This document shows positions 1 through 9,439 of a DNA stretch of 64,000 nt, piece after piece. Position 1 is the stretch's first letter, and each line of letters opens with the position of its first letter. The notes under the pieces were generated by a model that did no database searches, was not told the origin of the DNA, and worked only from the letters and a program-made list of their open reading frames with translations. Position numbers and translations under genes: made by a program. The stretch lies in assembly GCA_007693945.1 (NCBI GenBank), contig RECP01000069.1, positions 1,718 through 65,717 on the forward strand. The letters run 5' to 3'. This stretch comes from Spirochaetaceae bacterium (lineage in GTDB: Bacteria > Spirochaetota > Spirochaetia > DSM-27196 > PWMO01).

Positions 1-1371
1 CCGGTCATCATGTTGGTTCTGCTGATCGGCATTCTGTTTGCTACCGGCTCATCGGCACTCTCCTACTTCCTGACCGCGCCGCGCACCGCTCAGGCGCTGG
101 TGCGCGACCGGGTTGTCCCACGGGCGTTCCGGTTCCTGGGGCGCGACTTCACCAGGACCGGCCGAGAACCACGATGGGCCACGGTGCTCACGTTCCTGAT
201 CTTTCTGCCGGTGATCTGGGCCGGAGATATCGCGCTGGCATCGCTGATAGTCGGCATCTCTTTTCTGGTTGTCTATGCGTGGATGAATCTGGCCGCGTTC
301 TTCGAGCGCATCAGCGGCAACCCCAGTTTTCGGCCCACCAGCAAGGGACACTGGATCGTTTCGCTCTACGGCTTCCTGATCTGTATGGCGGTTATCTCGC
401 TTTTCAACTTTCGGATCGGAATCGCCGTTCTGACCGCCCAGTTTGCCCTGTTCGCGCTACTGCTCAGGTTTCGCGCACATAACATGCTCGAAGGCGTCTG
501 GTGGGGTGTGCTGTTCTCGCTGGTCGGGTGGGGCTCCAGACAGCTCGGAAACATTGTCCAGGGGACCAAGAACTGGCGTCCGATCGTTGGGGTGTTTGGC
601 TTTGCGGATAAGCCGGACGAAACCGAACGCTTGCGGGCAATCGCGCTGCGCATCGGCGAGTACCGCGGCTACGTAGCGGTCAACCTGCTTTGCCCGCGCA
701 AGTTTGATCCCGAGACGTTGAAACTGCCACGCGGTTCGCGGGTCATCCGCACCACCGAGGACCGCTTCGGTACTTCGGTGCGTTCGATTGTGCAGGCAAC
801 GGTTCCCGGAGGCTATCACTTCAACACCGTAGTACTTCCGATGGACGGTCGTTTCAACCTGACCGATCTTATCCGTGACCTGATCGCCGAGCACACAAAC
901 GTGATTCTGTATCGTCACGGAAAGGTGGAGATCGGCGCGGAACGGATCGACGTCTACTGGAAAGGACAAGCCAACGGGAATCTCATGGCTCTGCTGGCCT
1001 ACATTATCTCGCAGTCCGGCAGACGCTCGCGGAGCTCGGACGTACGGTCAATTCGCATTATCCGCAAGCTGACGGACGACGAAGAACCCGAAGTCGCCCG
1101 CAAAGAGATGGAGACACTGATGAGCGGGGCTCGACTCGACGGTGAAGTACTGCTGCTCGAACCTGACGACCAGCGTTTTCAGGAGACGGTGGCTGCCAAC
1201 TCAACGGACGCCGGAATGATCCTGATGGGTATGCCGGGGGAGGACATGGGAGCGGTGGCTCAGATATTCGAGCTTGACGAGCTGTTCTTCACCAAGCAGA
1301 TTGCCGCCTACGAAGACTTTCCCCCGATCCTGTTCGTCAAGGCCTCGGGGGTCTTCGATCTGTTCGCGTAA
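1..1371 (+). CDS. Amino acid permease / cation-chloride cotransporter (SLC12-like), 5' partial
   Basis: Multi-TM N-terminal part followed by a soluble C-terminal domain. SGNPSFRPT, KNWRP and DVYW..NGNLM.LLAY motifs are typical of CCC/SLC12 homologues. The frame is open from the window start. Confidence 0.75.
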   Translation, partial: PVIMLVLLIGILFATGSSALSYFLTAPRTAQALVRDRVVPRAFRFLGRDFTRTGREPRWATVLTFLIFLPVIWAGDIALASLIVGISFLVVYAWMNLAAFFERISGNPSFRPTSKGHWIVSLYGFLICMAVISLFNFRIGIAVLTAQFALFALLLRFRAHNMLEGVWWGVLFSLVGWGSRQLGNIVQGTKNWRPIVGVFGFADKPDETERLRAIALRIGEYRGYVAVNLLCPRKFDPETLKLPRGSRVIRTTEDRFGTSVRSIVQATVPGGYHFNTVVLPMDGRFNLTDLIRDLIAEHTNVILYRHGKVEIGAERIDVYWKGQANGNLMALLAYIISQSGRRSRSSDVRSIRIIRKLTDDEEPEVARKEMETLMSGARLDGEVLLLEPDDQRFQETVAANSTDAGMILMGMPGEDMGAVAQIFELDELFFTKQIAAYEDFPPILFVKASGVFDLFA

Positions 1372-1477
1372 GCGCAGACTGCAGCGTCCCAGCGATTCGT
1401 CCCGGTTGCAGTGGGTATGATTTGCGGATATGCTGTTGCACGATTTTGTCATCTGAGCTCAAGAGGAGTAAGCTTCG

Positions 1478-2746
1478 ATGCTCGATTTTCTGAAGCAGAA
1501 CGATCCTGAAATCGCCGAGCAGATCATGCGCGAACTCGCGCGGCAGAACGAGAAGATTGAACTGATCGCCTCCGAAAACCTGGTAAGCCCGACGGTCATG
1601 GAAGCACAGGGTTCGGTGCTCACCAACAAGTACGCCGAGGGCTATCCCGGCAACCGCTATCACGCCGGATGTGAGCATGTGGATGTCATAGAAAGCATCG
1701 CAATCGAGCGTGCCAGGCAGCTCTTTGGGGCCCAACACGCCAACGTGCAGCCGCACTCGGGGGTCAATGCCAACCTCGCGGTTTACGTTGCCATGTTGAA
1801 GCCGGGAGATACCATTCTGGGCATGCAGCTGGATATGGGCGGGCATCTGTCGCACGGCAGCAAGGCCAACATCTCTGGTAAGTTCTATAGCTGTCATTTT
1901 TACGGCGTCGACCGCGAAAGCGAGCTGATCGATTACGGCGCCATGCAGCAGCTTGCGCGCGATTACAAGCCGCGCATGATCGTGGCCGGTGCCAGTTCGT
2001 ACTCACGCGTCATAGACTACGCACCGTTTCGGGAAGTGGCGGATGAGATCGGCGCCTTGTTCCTGGTGGATATGGCGCATATCTCCGGTATCGTCGCCGC
2101 CGGCCAACACCCTAACCCGGTGCCCTATGCCGACTTTGTCACCACAACCACCACCAAGACAATTCGCGGTGCCCGCGGTGGCCTCATACTGTGCAGGCAG
2201 GAATACGGCAGGAAGATTGACAAGGCGATCTTTCCCGGAATCCAGGGCGGGCCGCAGCTGCAGACCATCGCGGGCAAAGCGGTATGTTTCCGTGAGGCAA
2301 TGAGCGGCGACTTCAAGAGCTACATCGGCCGGGTACTGAAGAACGCCCGGGCAATGGCCGCCGCCCTGGAGCAGCGCGGCTACCGTATAGTGGCGGGGGG
2401 CACCGATACGCATCTGTTCCTGGTCGATCTGCGGTCCAGGGGACTGACCGGGGCGAGCGCCGAGGAAGCGCTGGACGCCGTGGGCATAACGGTCAACAAG
2501 AACATGATTCCGTTTGATCCCGAAAAGCCTCAGACCACCAGCGGTATCCGGATCGGCACGTCGGCAATGACTACCCGCGGTTTGGACGAGGCCGGCATGC
2601 TGCAGATTGCCGAGTTGATCGACAAGACGCTGTCGGGTATCGGCAATCCGGCGGTGCAGACAGAGGTTCGCCGGCAGGTTCGTGAGATCTGCCGTGAATA
2701 CCCGATCTACGGCTACACATTCAAGCAGGAGGTGGCCGATGAGTAG
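1478..2746 (+). CDS. glyA: Serine hydroxymethyltransferase family PLP enzyme (atypical motifs)
   Basis: [33 protein letters not shown] and NKN.IP.D motifs. The PLP-lysine motif reads TTTTTKT instead of TTTTHKT. RBS GAGGAG upstream. Confidence 0.9.
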   Translation: MLDFLKQNDPEIAEQIMRELARQNEKIELIASENLVSPTVMEAQGSVLTNKYAEGYPGNRYHAGCEHVDVIESIAIERARQLFGAQHANVQPHSGVNANLAVYVAMLKPGDTILGMQLDMGGHLSHGSKANISGKFYSCHFYGVDRESELIDYGAMQQLARDYKPRMIVAGASSYSRVIDYAPFREVADEIGALFLVDMAHISGIVAAGQHPNPVPYADFVTTTTTKTIRGARGGLILCRQEYGRKIDKAIFPGIQGGPQLQTIAGKAVCFREAMSGDFKSYIGRVLKNARAMAAALEQRGYRIVAGGTDTHLFLVDLRSRGLTGASAEEALDAVGITVNKNMIPFDPEKPQTTSGIRIGTSAMTTRGLDEAGMLQIAELIDKTLSGIGNPAVQTEVRRQVREICREYPIYGYTFKQEVADE

Positions 2747-3926
2747 TGTTCAACAGCTGATGAAGAAGTACGAGCAGCGTCTGGTCCAGATCCGGCGCGA
2801 GCTGCACATGCATCCGGAGCTGAGCCTGAAGGAGTTTGAGACTACCAAAAGGATCAACGCGATCCTTGCCGAGGTGGGCGTCGAGGTCGTCGACATCGGT
2901 ACCGAAACCGGCACGGTCGGACTCATCCGGGGCACAAACGACGGCCCCACGGTCGCGCTGCGCGGTGATATCGACGCATTGCCGATTCACGAGGAAAACG
3001 ACGTCGAGTACCGGTCGACCGTCGACGGTGTCATGCACGCCTGCGGACACGACGTACACACGACGTCACTGCTGGGTGCCGCCATGATTCTGTCCGATCT
3101 GCGCGACACGTTGCGCGGCAACGTCAAACTCATCTTTCAACCCGCCGAAGAGGTTAACGAAGGCGCACGCCAGATGATTGAACACGGCGTGATGGACAAT
3201 CCGACCGTTGCCGCGGTATTTGGTCTGCACACGTCGCCTGATTTCCCCGCCGGTCAGGTCGCTGTCAAGAGCGGCGGTTTGATGGCCGCCGTTGATACCA
3301 TTCGCATCGAAGTGCGCGGGGTGGGCGGTCACGGAGCAATTCCACACGCTACCGTGGATCCGGTGGTGGCCACTGCGGCGATGATCATGAACCTTCAGTC
3401 GATAGTCAGTCGCAATACCAGTGCACTCGATTCGCTTGTAATCTCAATTGGCACGGTCAACGCCGGTATCGCCAACAACGTTATTCCCGAGGTCGTCAAA
3501 CTTACCGGTACGGCACGCAGCTTTGAGCCGCAGCTGCGCCAGAAGCTTCCGGAAATCGTACAACGGGTGGTTGACCACAGTGTAGCCGCCTACGGCGCAA
3601 CCGCCACACTGGAGTACATTCTTCACCTGCCGGCGGTGTATAACGACGCATCGCTGACGCCGCTGGCCACCTCGGTGGTCACCGAGATCTGCGGTGAAGG
3701 CAGCGCCGTCGAGCCGACACCTACCATGGGAGGCGAGGACTTCGCGCTCTACATGCAGAAGGCTCCCGGCTTCTTCTACTGGCTGGGAACCGGCAACAAG
3801 GCCAAAGGCTACGTCCATCAGTGGCATAACTCGCGTTACAACTGTGACGAAGCGTCGCTGCCTGTCGGCAGCGGTGTGCTGGCACTCTCGGCTATCAGGG
3901 CACTGGAAGATCTGGCCGCCAGATAG
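2739..3926 (+). CDS. M20D family amidohydrolase
   Basis: [40 protein letters not shown] and MGGEDF motifs. ATG at 2739 follows GGAGG and overlaps the glyA stop. Confidence 0.92.
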   Translation: MSSVQQLMKKYEQRLVQIRRELHMHPELSLKEFETTKRINAILAEVGVEVVDIGTETGTVGLIRGTNDGPTVALRGDIDALPIHEENDVEYRSTVDGVMHACGHDVHTTSLLGAAMILSDLRDTLRGNVKLIFQPAEEVNEGARQMIEHGVMDNPTVAAVFGLHTSPDFPAGQVAVKSGGLMAAVDTIRIEVRGVGGHGAIPHATVDPVVATAAMIMNLQSIVSRNTSALDSLVISIGTVNAGIANNVIPEVVKLTGTARSFEPQLRQKLPEIVQRVVDHSVAAYGATATLEYILHLPAVYNDASLTPLATSVVTEICGEGSAVEPTPTMGGEDFALYMQKAPGFFYWLGTGNKAKGYVHQWHNSRYNCDEASLPVGSGVLALSAIRALEDLAAR

Positions 3927-4054
3927 TCCGCGGCTTTGGACGCGGTCTCAGTCCGGAGGAAAGGGGAGGTCTAAACGGAATCTTGCAAAGAACGCCCGCT
4001 GTCCGGTGTACGCCGGGCACACCAGAACGGAAACCCGCAAGGAGGATTCACAAG

Positions 4055-4936
4055 GTGAGTGAAGAAAGAACGATGAGCGAAGAACAGCTGATCGACCCAA
4101 AGGGCCGAATCCCGGTGTTTCTTCGGTTGACGCTGACTGTGCTGGGTATCTCAATGATCAGTGAAGTGATCGGGATTCAGCGTATTCCAACCGGTATCGC
4201 AACAATTGTCCTGTTGCCGATGCTCTACGCCGTTGTGATTGGTATCCTGATCACGCCGGATGTTCTCGGAAAGCCGATCAAGGCGCTGCGTAAGCTGATC
4301 TCGGACGATGAGATCAAGCTCGCCGGTCCGATGGTCATGCTGGCGCTGCTGCCGCTGGGAGTGAAGTACGGAACGCTGGTAGGCCCCAACATAGTACGAG
4401 TCGTGCAGGCCGGCCCCGCGTTTCTGCTGCAGGAGCTCGGAAACCTCGGCACCATCTTCCTCGCGCTACCGCTGGCGTTGCTGCTGGGACTGAAGCGCGA
4501 GGCGGTCGGTGCTACGGTTTCCATCTGCCGGGAACCAACGCTCGGCGTGATTGGTGAACGCTACGGAATCTCCTCGGCTGAAGGAACCGGTATTCTTGGT
4601 ACCTATCTGATCGGTACCGTCTTCGGTACGGTGTTCTTCAGCATTCTGGCAACCACCTCGGTGGCCACCGGGCTGCATCCGCTGGCGCTGGCTATGGCCA
4701 GTGGCATGGGCAGCGGCAGCATGATGACCGCCGCGTCAGGTGCGCTGGCGGCAACGGTACCCGAATTCGGTGACCAGATCCTGGCGTTTGCCGCAACCAG
4801 CAACATGCTGACGGGTGTCACCGGGCTCTATATGGTGGTGCTGGTTGGTCTGCCGCTGGTCAACTTCCTCTACCGGATCCTCGAGCCGGTGCTCGGGCGC
4901 TCCGGTGGCACCAGGGAGGTCAAAGATGGCAATTAG
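4055..4936 (+). CDS. DUF3100-family membrane protein (putative transporter subunit)
   Basis: Multi-TM protein. LLQELGNLGT, GLKREAVGAT.SI.REP and LAMASGMGSGSMM are characteristic of DUF3100. GTG start 9 nt after GGAGG; alternative ATG at 4073. Confidence 0.8.
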   Translation: MSEERTMSEEQLIDPKGRIPVFLRLTLTVLGISMISEVIGIQRIPTGIATIVLLPMLYAVVIGILITPDVLGKPIKALRKLISDDEIKLAGPMVMLALLPLGVKYGTLVGPNIVRVVQAGPAFLLQELGNLGTIFLALPLALLLGLKREAVGATVSICREPTLGVIGERYGISSAEGTGILGTYLIGTVFGTVFFSILATTSVATGLHPLALAMASGMGSGSMMTAASGALAATVPEFGDQILAFAATSNMLTGVTGLYMVVLVGLPLVNFLYRILEPVLGRSGGTREVKDGN

Positions 4937-5390
4937 TGGACCCAAACTGCTTAATCAACTGAAGCTGTTGATTGTTATCGGGATCATGATACTGATCGCG
5001 CAGCGCATCGGCTACGGAATCGGGATTCTGCAGGCAATTCCAGGCATGATTCTGGTCATTGTCATCTCGCTGTTTGCGCTCGTGATCCGGGCTTTGCTGC
5101 CCAAAGTACAGATGCCGGCTTTTGCCTGGGCATCGCTTACGGCGCTGATTCTGAGCATGCCCTTCATGCCGACCGCTGAAGTCTTCCTCCGGTTCACCGA
5201 TGAGGTGAACTTCCTCGGCACGACCGCTCCGATTCTGGCATTTGCCGGTATCTCGGTAGGCGACAAGATCCAGAAGCTGAAGAGCCTCAGCTGGAAGGTG
5301 GTCATCGTGGCCATCGCCGTGTTCTGTGGCACATTCTTCGGCTCCGCGATCATTGCTCACATTATTCTTACGCTTCAGGGCATTATCTGA
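4926..5390 (+). CDS. Small integral membrane partner of the DUF3100 protein
   Basis: 154 aa and hydrophobic, with PILAFAGISVG and GTFFGSAIIAH. GGAGG RBS; overlaps the upstream stop. Confidence 0.75.
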   Translation: MAISGPKLLNQLKLLIVIGIMILIAQRIGYGIGILQAIPGMILVIVISLFALVIRALLPKVQMPAFAWASLTALILSMPFMPTAEVFLRFTDEVNFLGTTAPILAFAGISVGDKIQKLKSLSWKVVIVAIAVFCGTFFGSAIIAHIILTLQGII

Positions 5391-5399
5391 TCCTGCCGG

Positions 5400-5430
5400 C
5401 GCCGTCCGCATCGCGATGATGCGGACGGCG
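5400..5430 (+). terminator. GC-rich stem-loop ending the glyA-amidohydrolase-DUF3100 operon
   Basis: CGCCGTCCGCATC-GCGAT-GATGCGGACGGCG is a 13-bp perfect inverted repeat starting 10 nt after the stop. No U-tract. Confidence 0.5.
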
Positions 5431-5527
5431 GCCGCCGCAACATGCACACTATCTGCTTCGACTTCGCCGGACCGGTGCACAGACGGAAATTAGTGCCAGC
5501 CGCCGTACGACTGGTGTATAATGCTGT

Positions 5528-6436
5528 ATGACCTCGTGTACACCCGAAGAAGAATTGTCCGCCCTGCGGCATCTGCTGGCCGAGCGCGAGAAAGAACTCG
5601 ATGCACTCTATCGGTTGGCCGCGCTGTTCACCCGACCGGCGGGCGATGTGACTTCACTGCTGCAACAGACTGCTGATGAGCTGCGCCGTTCGATGCAGTT
5701 GTCCGAAATAGCGACCGTCCGCGTGACCGCCGACGGTCACGATAGCGCCGTTTCACCCGGGACAGCGGACGGTGAAGCCGGTGACGGCACGGTGGTAGAT
5801 CGATACGACGTCACCAAGCGCCACAGCATTGAAAGAGAGGTCAGAATAGAGGTCACGCTTGCCGGCGCCGTGGACGCCCGACCCGCGCGCGTTCTGGATC
5901 GCGAGAAACGCCTGATTGAGTCGACGGTATTCTTGCTGGCCGACGTTCTGGAACACCGCGACATCGATCAGGCGCTGCGCGAATCCACCAGAATACTGCA
6001 GCTTCAGACCGCCGAACTGGAGCAGAAGAACAGCGCTCTGCGGGAGATACTGTCGCAGCTGGAAACGCAGAAAGAGGAATTGTTGCACGATTCGCGCAGC
6101 TATCTCGAGATGTTCGTGCAACCCTACCTGTATCAACTACAGCGGAGTAGCGCTCTATCAGAGCACGACCGGTTTTGTGTTGCCCAAATGAGCCAGGCAC
6201 TGCAGCGTATGGGTGGCGAGGGTGCCAGTGGCATCCGGGCGCTCGCCGGCTCATTAAGTCCGCGGGAGGTTGAGGTCTGCGGACTGATTCGTAACGGACT
6301 CTCCACCAAGGAGATCTCCGGCTTTCTGGGGATTTCGCCTGCAACCGTAGAACGCCATCGCAACACGATTCGCAGCAAGCTGGGCTTAACCGGCAGCGGA
6401 ACAAGCCTGACAGGCTATCTTCGTTCCCTGGCGTAG
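5528..6436 (+). CDS. LuxR-type C-terminal HTH transcriptional regulator
   Basis: C-terminal LSPREVEVCGLIRNGLSTKEIS..LGIS..TVERHRNTIRSKLG, a coiled-coil middle and a degenerate sensor-like N-terminus. Confidence 0.85.
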   Translation: MTSCTPEEELSALRHLLAEREKELDALYRLAALFTRPAGDVTSLLQQTADELRRSMQLSEIATVRVTADGHDSAVSPGTADGEAGDGTVVDRYDVTKRHSIEREVRIEVTLAGAVDARPARVLDREKRLIESTVFLLADVLEHRDIDQALRESTRILQLQTAELEQKNSALREILSQLETQKEELLHDSRSYLEMFVQPYLYQLQRSSALSEHDRFCVAQMSQALQRMGGEGASGIRALAGSLSPREVEVCGLIRNGLSTKEISGFLGISPATVERHRNTIRSKLGLTGSGTSLTGYLRSLA

Positions 6437-6557
6437 TGCCGGAACATGTACAAACCATGTAGAAATCCTGCATGGTTTTCCATGGTGGGCAGGATCTCCG
6501 GGAGCGGTTATGCTACTACCATAAAGCGGAGTTTTGGGAGCGCTGGAGAAGACCGGA

Positions 6558-6989
6558 ATGTCAGGGCGCAGGATTGTTCTTCGACAGGCAGACTACACGG
6601 TGCTGCATGGCCTGGTGAAGAGCTGGAAGCAGACGGACAGAATGCGCCTGCCCCACGTCGCCCGGCTGTCAACCGAGCTGCAAAGCGCGCTGGTAGTCGA
6701 TGAGAACAGCATCCCGCATGACGCGATCACGATGTACTCGCGCGTCCGTTACCGCCACCTCGACCGCCGGGAGGCCGCGGCTGCGACCGAGACTGCCGTC
6801 ATCGTCTTTCCGGCTCAGGCCTCACAGGCACCCGAAAACGTCTCCATCCTGTCGCCGCTGGGGATGGCGTTGATCGGTGAGCGTGTGGGAACCGAGATCG
6901 AGTACGAGGCCCCGGGTGGCACGTACCGTATCGCGATTGAATCGGTCGAGCACGCGGTTACCGGACGCTCCGAAACACGGGAGCAGTAA
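6558..6989 (+). CDS. rnk: GreA/GreB family, Rnk-like nucleoside diphosphate kinase regulator
   Basis: EL.SA.VVD...IP.D.ITM.SRV and VSILSPLGMALIG.RVG..IE..APGG motifs; short length. Confidence 0.75.
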   Translation: MSGRRIVLRQADYTVLHGLVKSWKQTDRMRLPHVARLSTELQSALVVDENSIPHDAITMYSRVRYRHLDRREAAAATETAVIVFPAQASQAPENVSILSPLGMALIGERVGTEIEYEAPGGTYRIAIESVEHAVTGRSETREQ

Positions 6990-6994
6990 CCAAC

Positions 6995-7957
6995 GTGCAG
7001 GCCGAGCTTTACGAAGCGCAAGAGCAGCAACTGATCGATCAACTGCGGCACGCCATGTTGCGCCTCGGCGAGAATCACTACCGCACCTGTGAGCAGATGG
7101 AACAGGATCTCGACAGGCTGTCGACGGTCTTCTCGCACTATCCCTCGATCCTCGATCAACAGGTTCTTGGCGGTGAGGTGCATTCGATCGACACCCTGAT
7201 TGAGGCGCTCTATCGTGACGGCTGCAATCACCTGGTGCTGTTGCCCACCAAGGTTGTGGCGGGCCGGGCCTTCATGGTGGCCAAGTTCAACTTCTTTGGT
7301 TACCTGCTTAAACTGTGCCGGCAGCACAGCGCATTGTCGCGATATACTGACGAGCTTCAGAAGCAGTGGGAGTACACAATCTTCTCACTCCTGATCGAAG
7401 ACGTGTACCAGGTCATCGTCGAACGCGACGGATACTACCCTCCCCGCCTGCGCCGTCAGGCCGCGGTCGATCTGATCCACTTGTGGGACTACCGCTTTGA
7501 CCGCCACGTTACCGACTACGCATCTACTGTGGTGGATCTGTGGCGCGTCCGTACGCGGGTTGCCCCGGTTTTCGGAACGATGCTGGGCACTCGTGAACTG
7601 CTGAAGATATCCAGTCTGCTGTCGGATCGCTGGCACCAGTTTCTGCTCGATCACGGAGATGATCCGGAAGTCATGCAGGCGCTCGAGGAGTTTGTTTTCG
7701 GTTTGCCCTACGAGGAAATCGTGAAGCTGAACCGGTACATGCGCGATCACGGCATATCGGTGGTCGATCGGGACGATCTGCGGCATATGCTCGGAAAGGA
7801 CCACGATGCGGCCGAGATTACCAGCAGCGATCCGCGTCAGATGTACCGCTTCTATCAGCGACGAACCAGACGTCTGGTTCGTCGCGCGATTGCCGATCTG
7901 CCGGGGCCCCGAAGAACGCTCGAGGAGATGCTGCTGGTGTACCTGATGCAGGAGTAG
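6995..7957 (+). CDS. Conserved hypothetical protein
   Basis: 320-aa ORF with normal codon usage, starting 5 nt after rnk. No recognised motif. Confidence 0.75.
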   Translation: MQAELYEAQEQQLIDQLRHAMLRLGENHYRTCEQMEQDLDRLSTVFSHYPSILDQQVLGGEVHSIDTLIEALYRDGCNHLVLLPTKVVAGRAFMVAKFNFFGYLLKLCRQHSALSRYTDELQKQWEYTIFSLLIEDVYQVIVERDGYYPPRLRRQAAVDLIHLWDYRFDRHVTDYASTVVDLWRVRTRVAPVFGTMLGTRELLKISSLLSDRWHQFLLDHGDDPEVMQALEEFVFGLPYEEIVKLNRYMRDHGISVVDRDDLRHMLGKDHDAAEITSSDPRQMYRFYQRRTRRLVRRAIADLPGPRRTLEEMLLVYLMQE

Positions 7958-7979
7958 ATCCTGCACGCGCGGATTTGCC

Positions 7980-8633
7980 GTGCCGGCCGGTGCGGCAAAT
8001 ACCGCAGGCAGCTATAGCGCTGCGCGCCGTGGCCGTCGAAGTGGCTGTTGCGACCGCAGTGACGGTCGCGGTCTACGCGCTCTTCTACAGCGCCAATCTC
8101 GAGATGATCGTCGCGATGGACACCTACGTCCGGTTAGCGGGATGCTGCATTTGCCGTCGACACGGCCTTCCTGCGCGGCAGTGCGGCTGGATGAAGTGCG
8201 CCGTCTCGAGAGCCCGTTGAAGATCACCCCGCTGGATCTCGACATGGTGGCCGCGTTCTTGCAGCGCAACCCGCGGGTGGTGATTGTTACCGGCGTCAAG
8301 CGAGACAACCTGGCGGCGCTGCGCAAGATTGCGCAGCGTATCGAGGCGAACGAGCGACGGGTTGTACCCCAGGCCTATGAGCCTTCGGAAGTCGGCAAGG
8401 CGCTCGAAATGGTGTCGCGGGCGCTTGAACTGAGACAGCGCTATGATGACGCGCTGCTGGCGGTGGCAATGCCGGTTGCCGTGGTGGAGGACGGAACGGC
8501 AGCACGCCTTGCCGATCACGGAATCAGCAGCTACGCGCACACCATCAACGGCCGCAGCGAGTATCAACGGCTGCGCGAGCTGGGTGTGACATCGATCTAC
8601 ACCGATGAGCCGAGCCTTGCCGATTGCCGTTAG
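7980..8633 (+). pseudogene. Truncated or frameshifted glycerophosphodiester phosphodiesterase-like gene
   Basis: C-terminal YAHTIN...LRELGVTSIYTD and RVVPQAY resemble GDPD-like proteins. The N-terminal catalytic segment is absent, and a signal-like hydrophobic stretch lies in another frame (7975-8220). Confidence 0.5.
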
Positions 8634-9439
8634 TCGGCGTCCGCGCCGTCAGGCCGGTCTGCCAGGCGGTGCAGCGAGGGCAGAATCTGGCCCAGTTCGA
8701 TCGGCAGCGGAAACACCAGCGTCGAGGCCTTCTCGGCCGCCACTTCAGAAGCGGTGCGTAGAGAGCGCAGGGTCATGCCGCCGGGTTGCGATGCCAGAAT
8801 CCTGGCCGCTTCGGCCAGTTGAATTGAGGCCTCTCTCTCGCCCTCAGCCTGGATAACGATCGCACGACGCGTGCGCTCGGCTTCGGCCTGGCGCGCAATC
8901 GCCCGCTGCATGTCGGCCGGAATGACGACGTCCTTGATTTCGACCGCCGAAACCTTTATGCCCCACGGGTCGGTAGCCTCGTCGATGATCTTTTGCAGTA
9001 CCTTGTTGAGTTTATCGCGCTGCGACAGCAGGTCATCCAGTTCGGCCTGGCCGACGACGCTTCTGACGGTTGTCTGCGCCAGCTGGATAGTGGCCTCATG
9101 AAACTGCTGCACGTTGACAATTGCCTTGCTGGGATCGACCACGCGGTAGTAGAGCACGGCGTTGACTCTACACGACACATTGTCGTTGGTGATGACTTCC
9201 TGCACCGGCACGTCAAAGACCACGGTGCGCAGCGACACTCGGATCAAGCGGTCGATGATCGGAACAATGAGAATCAGCCCGGGGCCTTTGACCCCCACCA
9301 GCCGGCCGAGGCGGAATACAACCGCGCGTTGCCATTCGGTGATCACGTGAATCGCGATCACCAGCAACACCACGACCACGGCCAGCCCGCCGATCAGCCC
9401 CAAGGTCTGCGTCTCAAGTGCTTCCAGAATTGCTCCCAT
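8630..9439 (-). CDS. SPFH/band 7 stomatin-like (slipin) protein
   Basis: RAVVFRLGRL..KGPGL, QEVIT.DNVS..VNAV, TDPWGIKV..VEIKDV and AEAER..RA motifs. Confidence 0.93.
   Translation of the reverse strand: MGAILEALETQTLGLIGGLAVVVVLLVIAIHVITEWQRAVVFRLGRLVGVKGPGLILIVPIIDRLIRVSLRTVVFDVPVQEVITNDNVSCRVNAVLYYRVVDPSKAIVNVQQFHEATIQLAQTTVRSVVGQAELDDLLSQRDKLNKVLQKIIDEATDPWGIKVSAVEIKDVVIPADMQRAIARQAEAERTRRAIVIQAEGEREASIQLAEAARILASQPGGMTLRSLRTASEVAAEKASTLVFPLPIELGQILPSLHRLADRPDGADAD

Noticed and set aside
1372-1477. Glycine/ZTP/THF riboswitch or sigma54 site upstream of glyA
   Set aside because: The leader is short and I could not match conserved riboswitch motifs. TTGCACGATTTTGT lacks the GG/GC dinucleotides and spacing of a sigma54 promoter.
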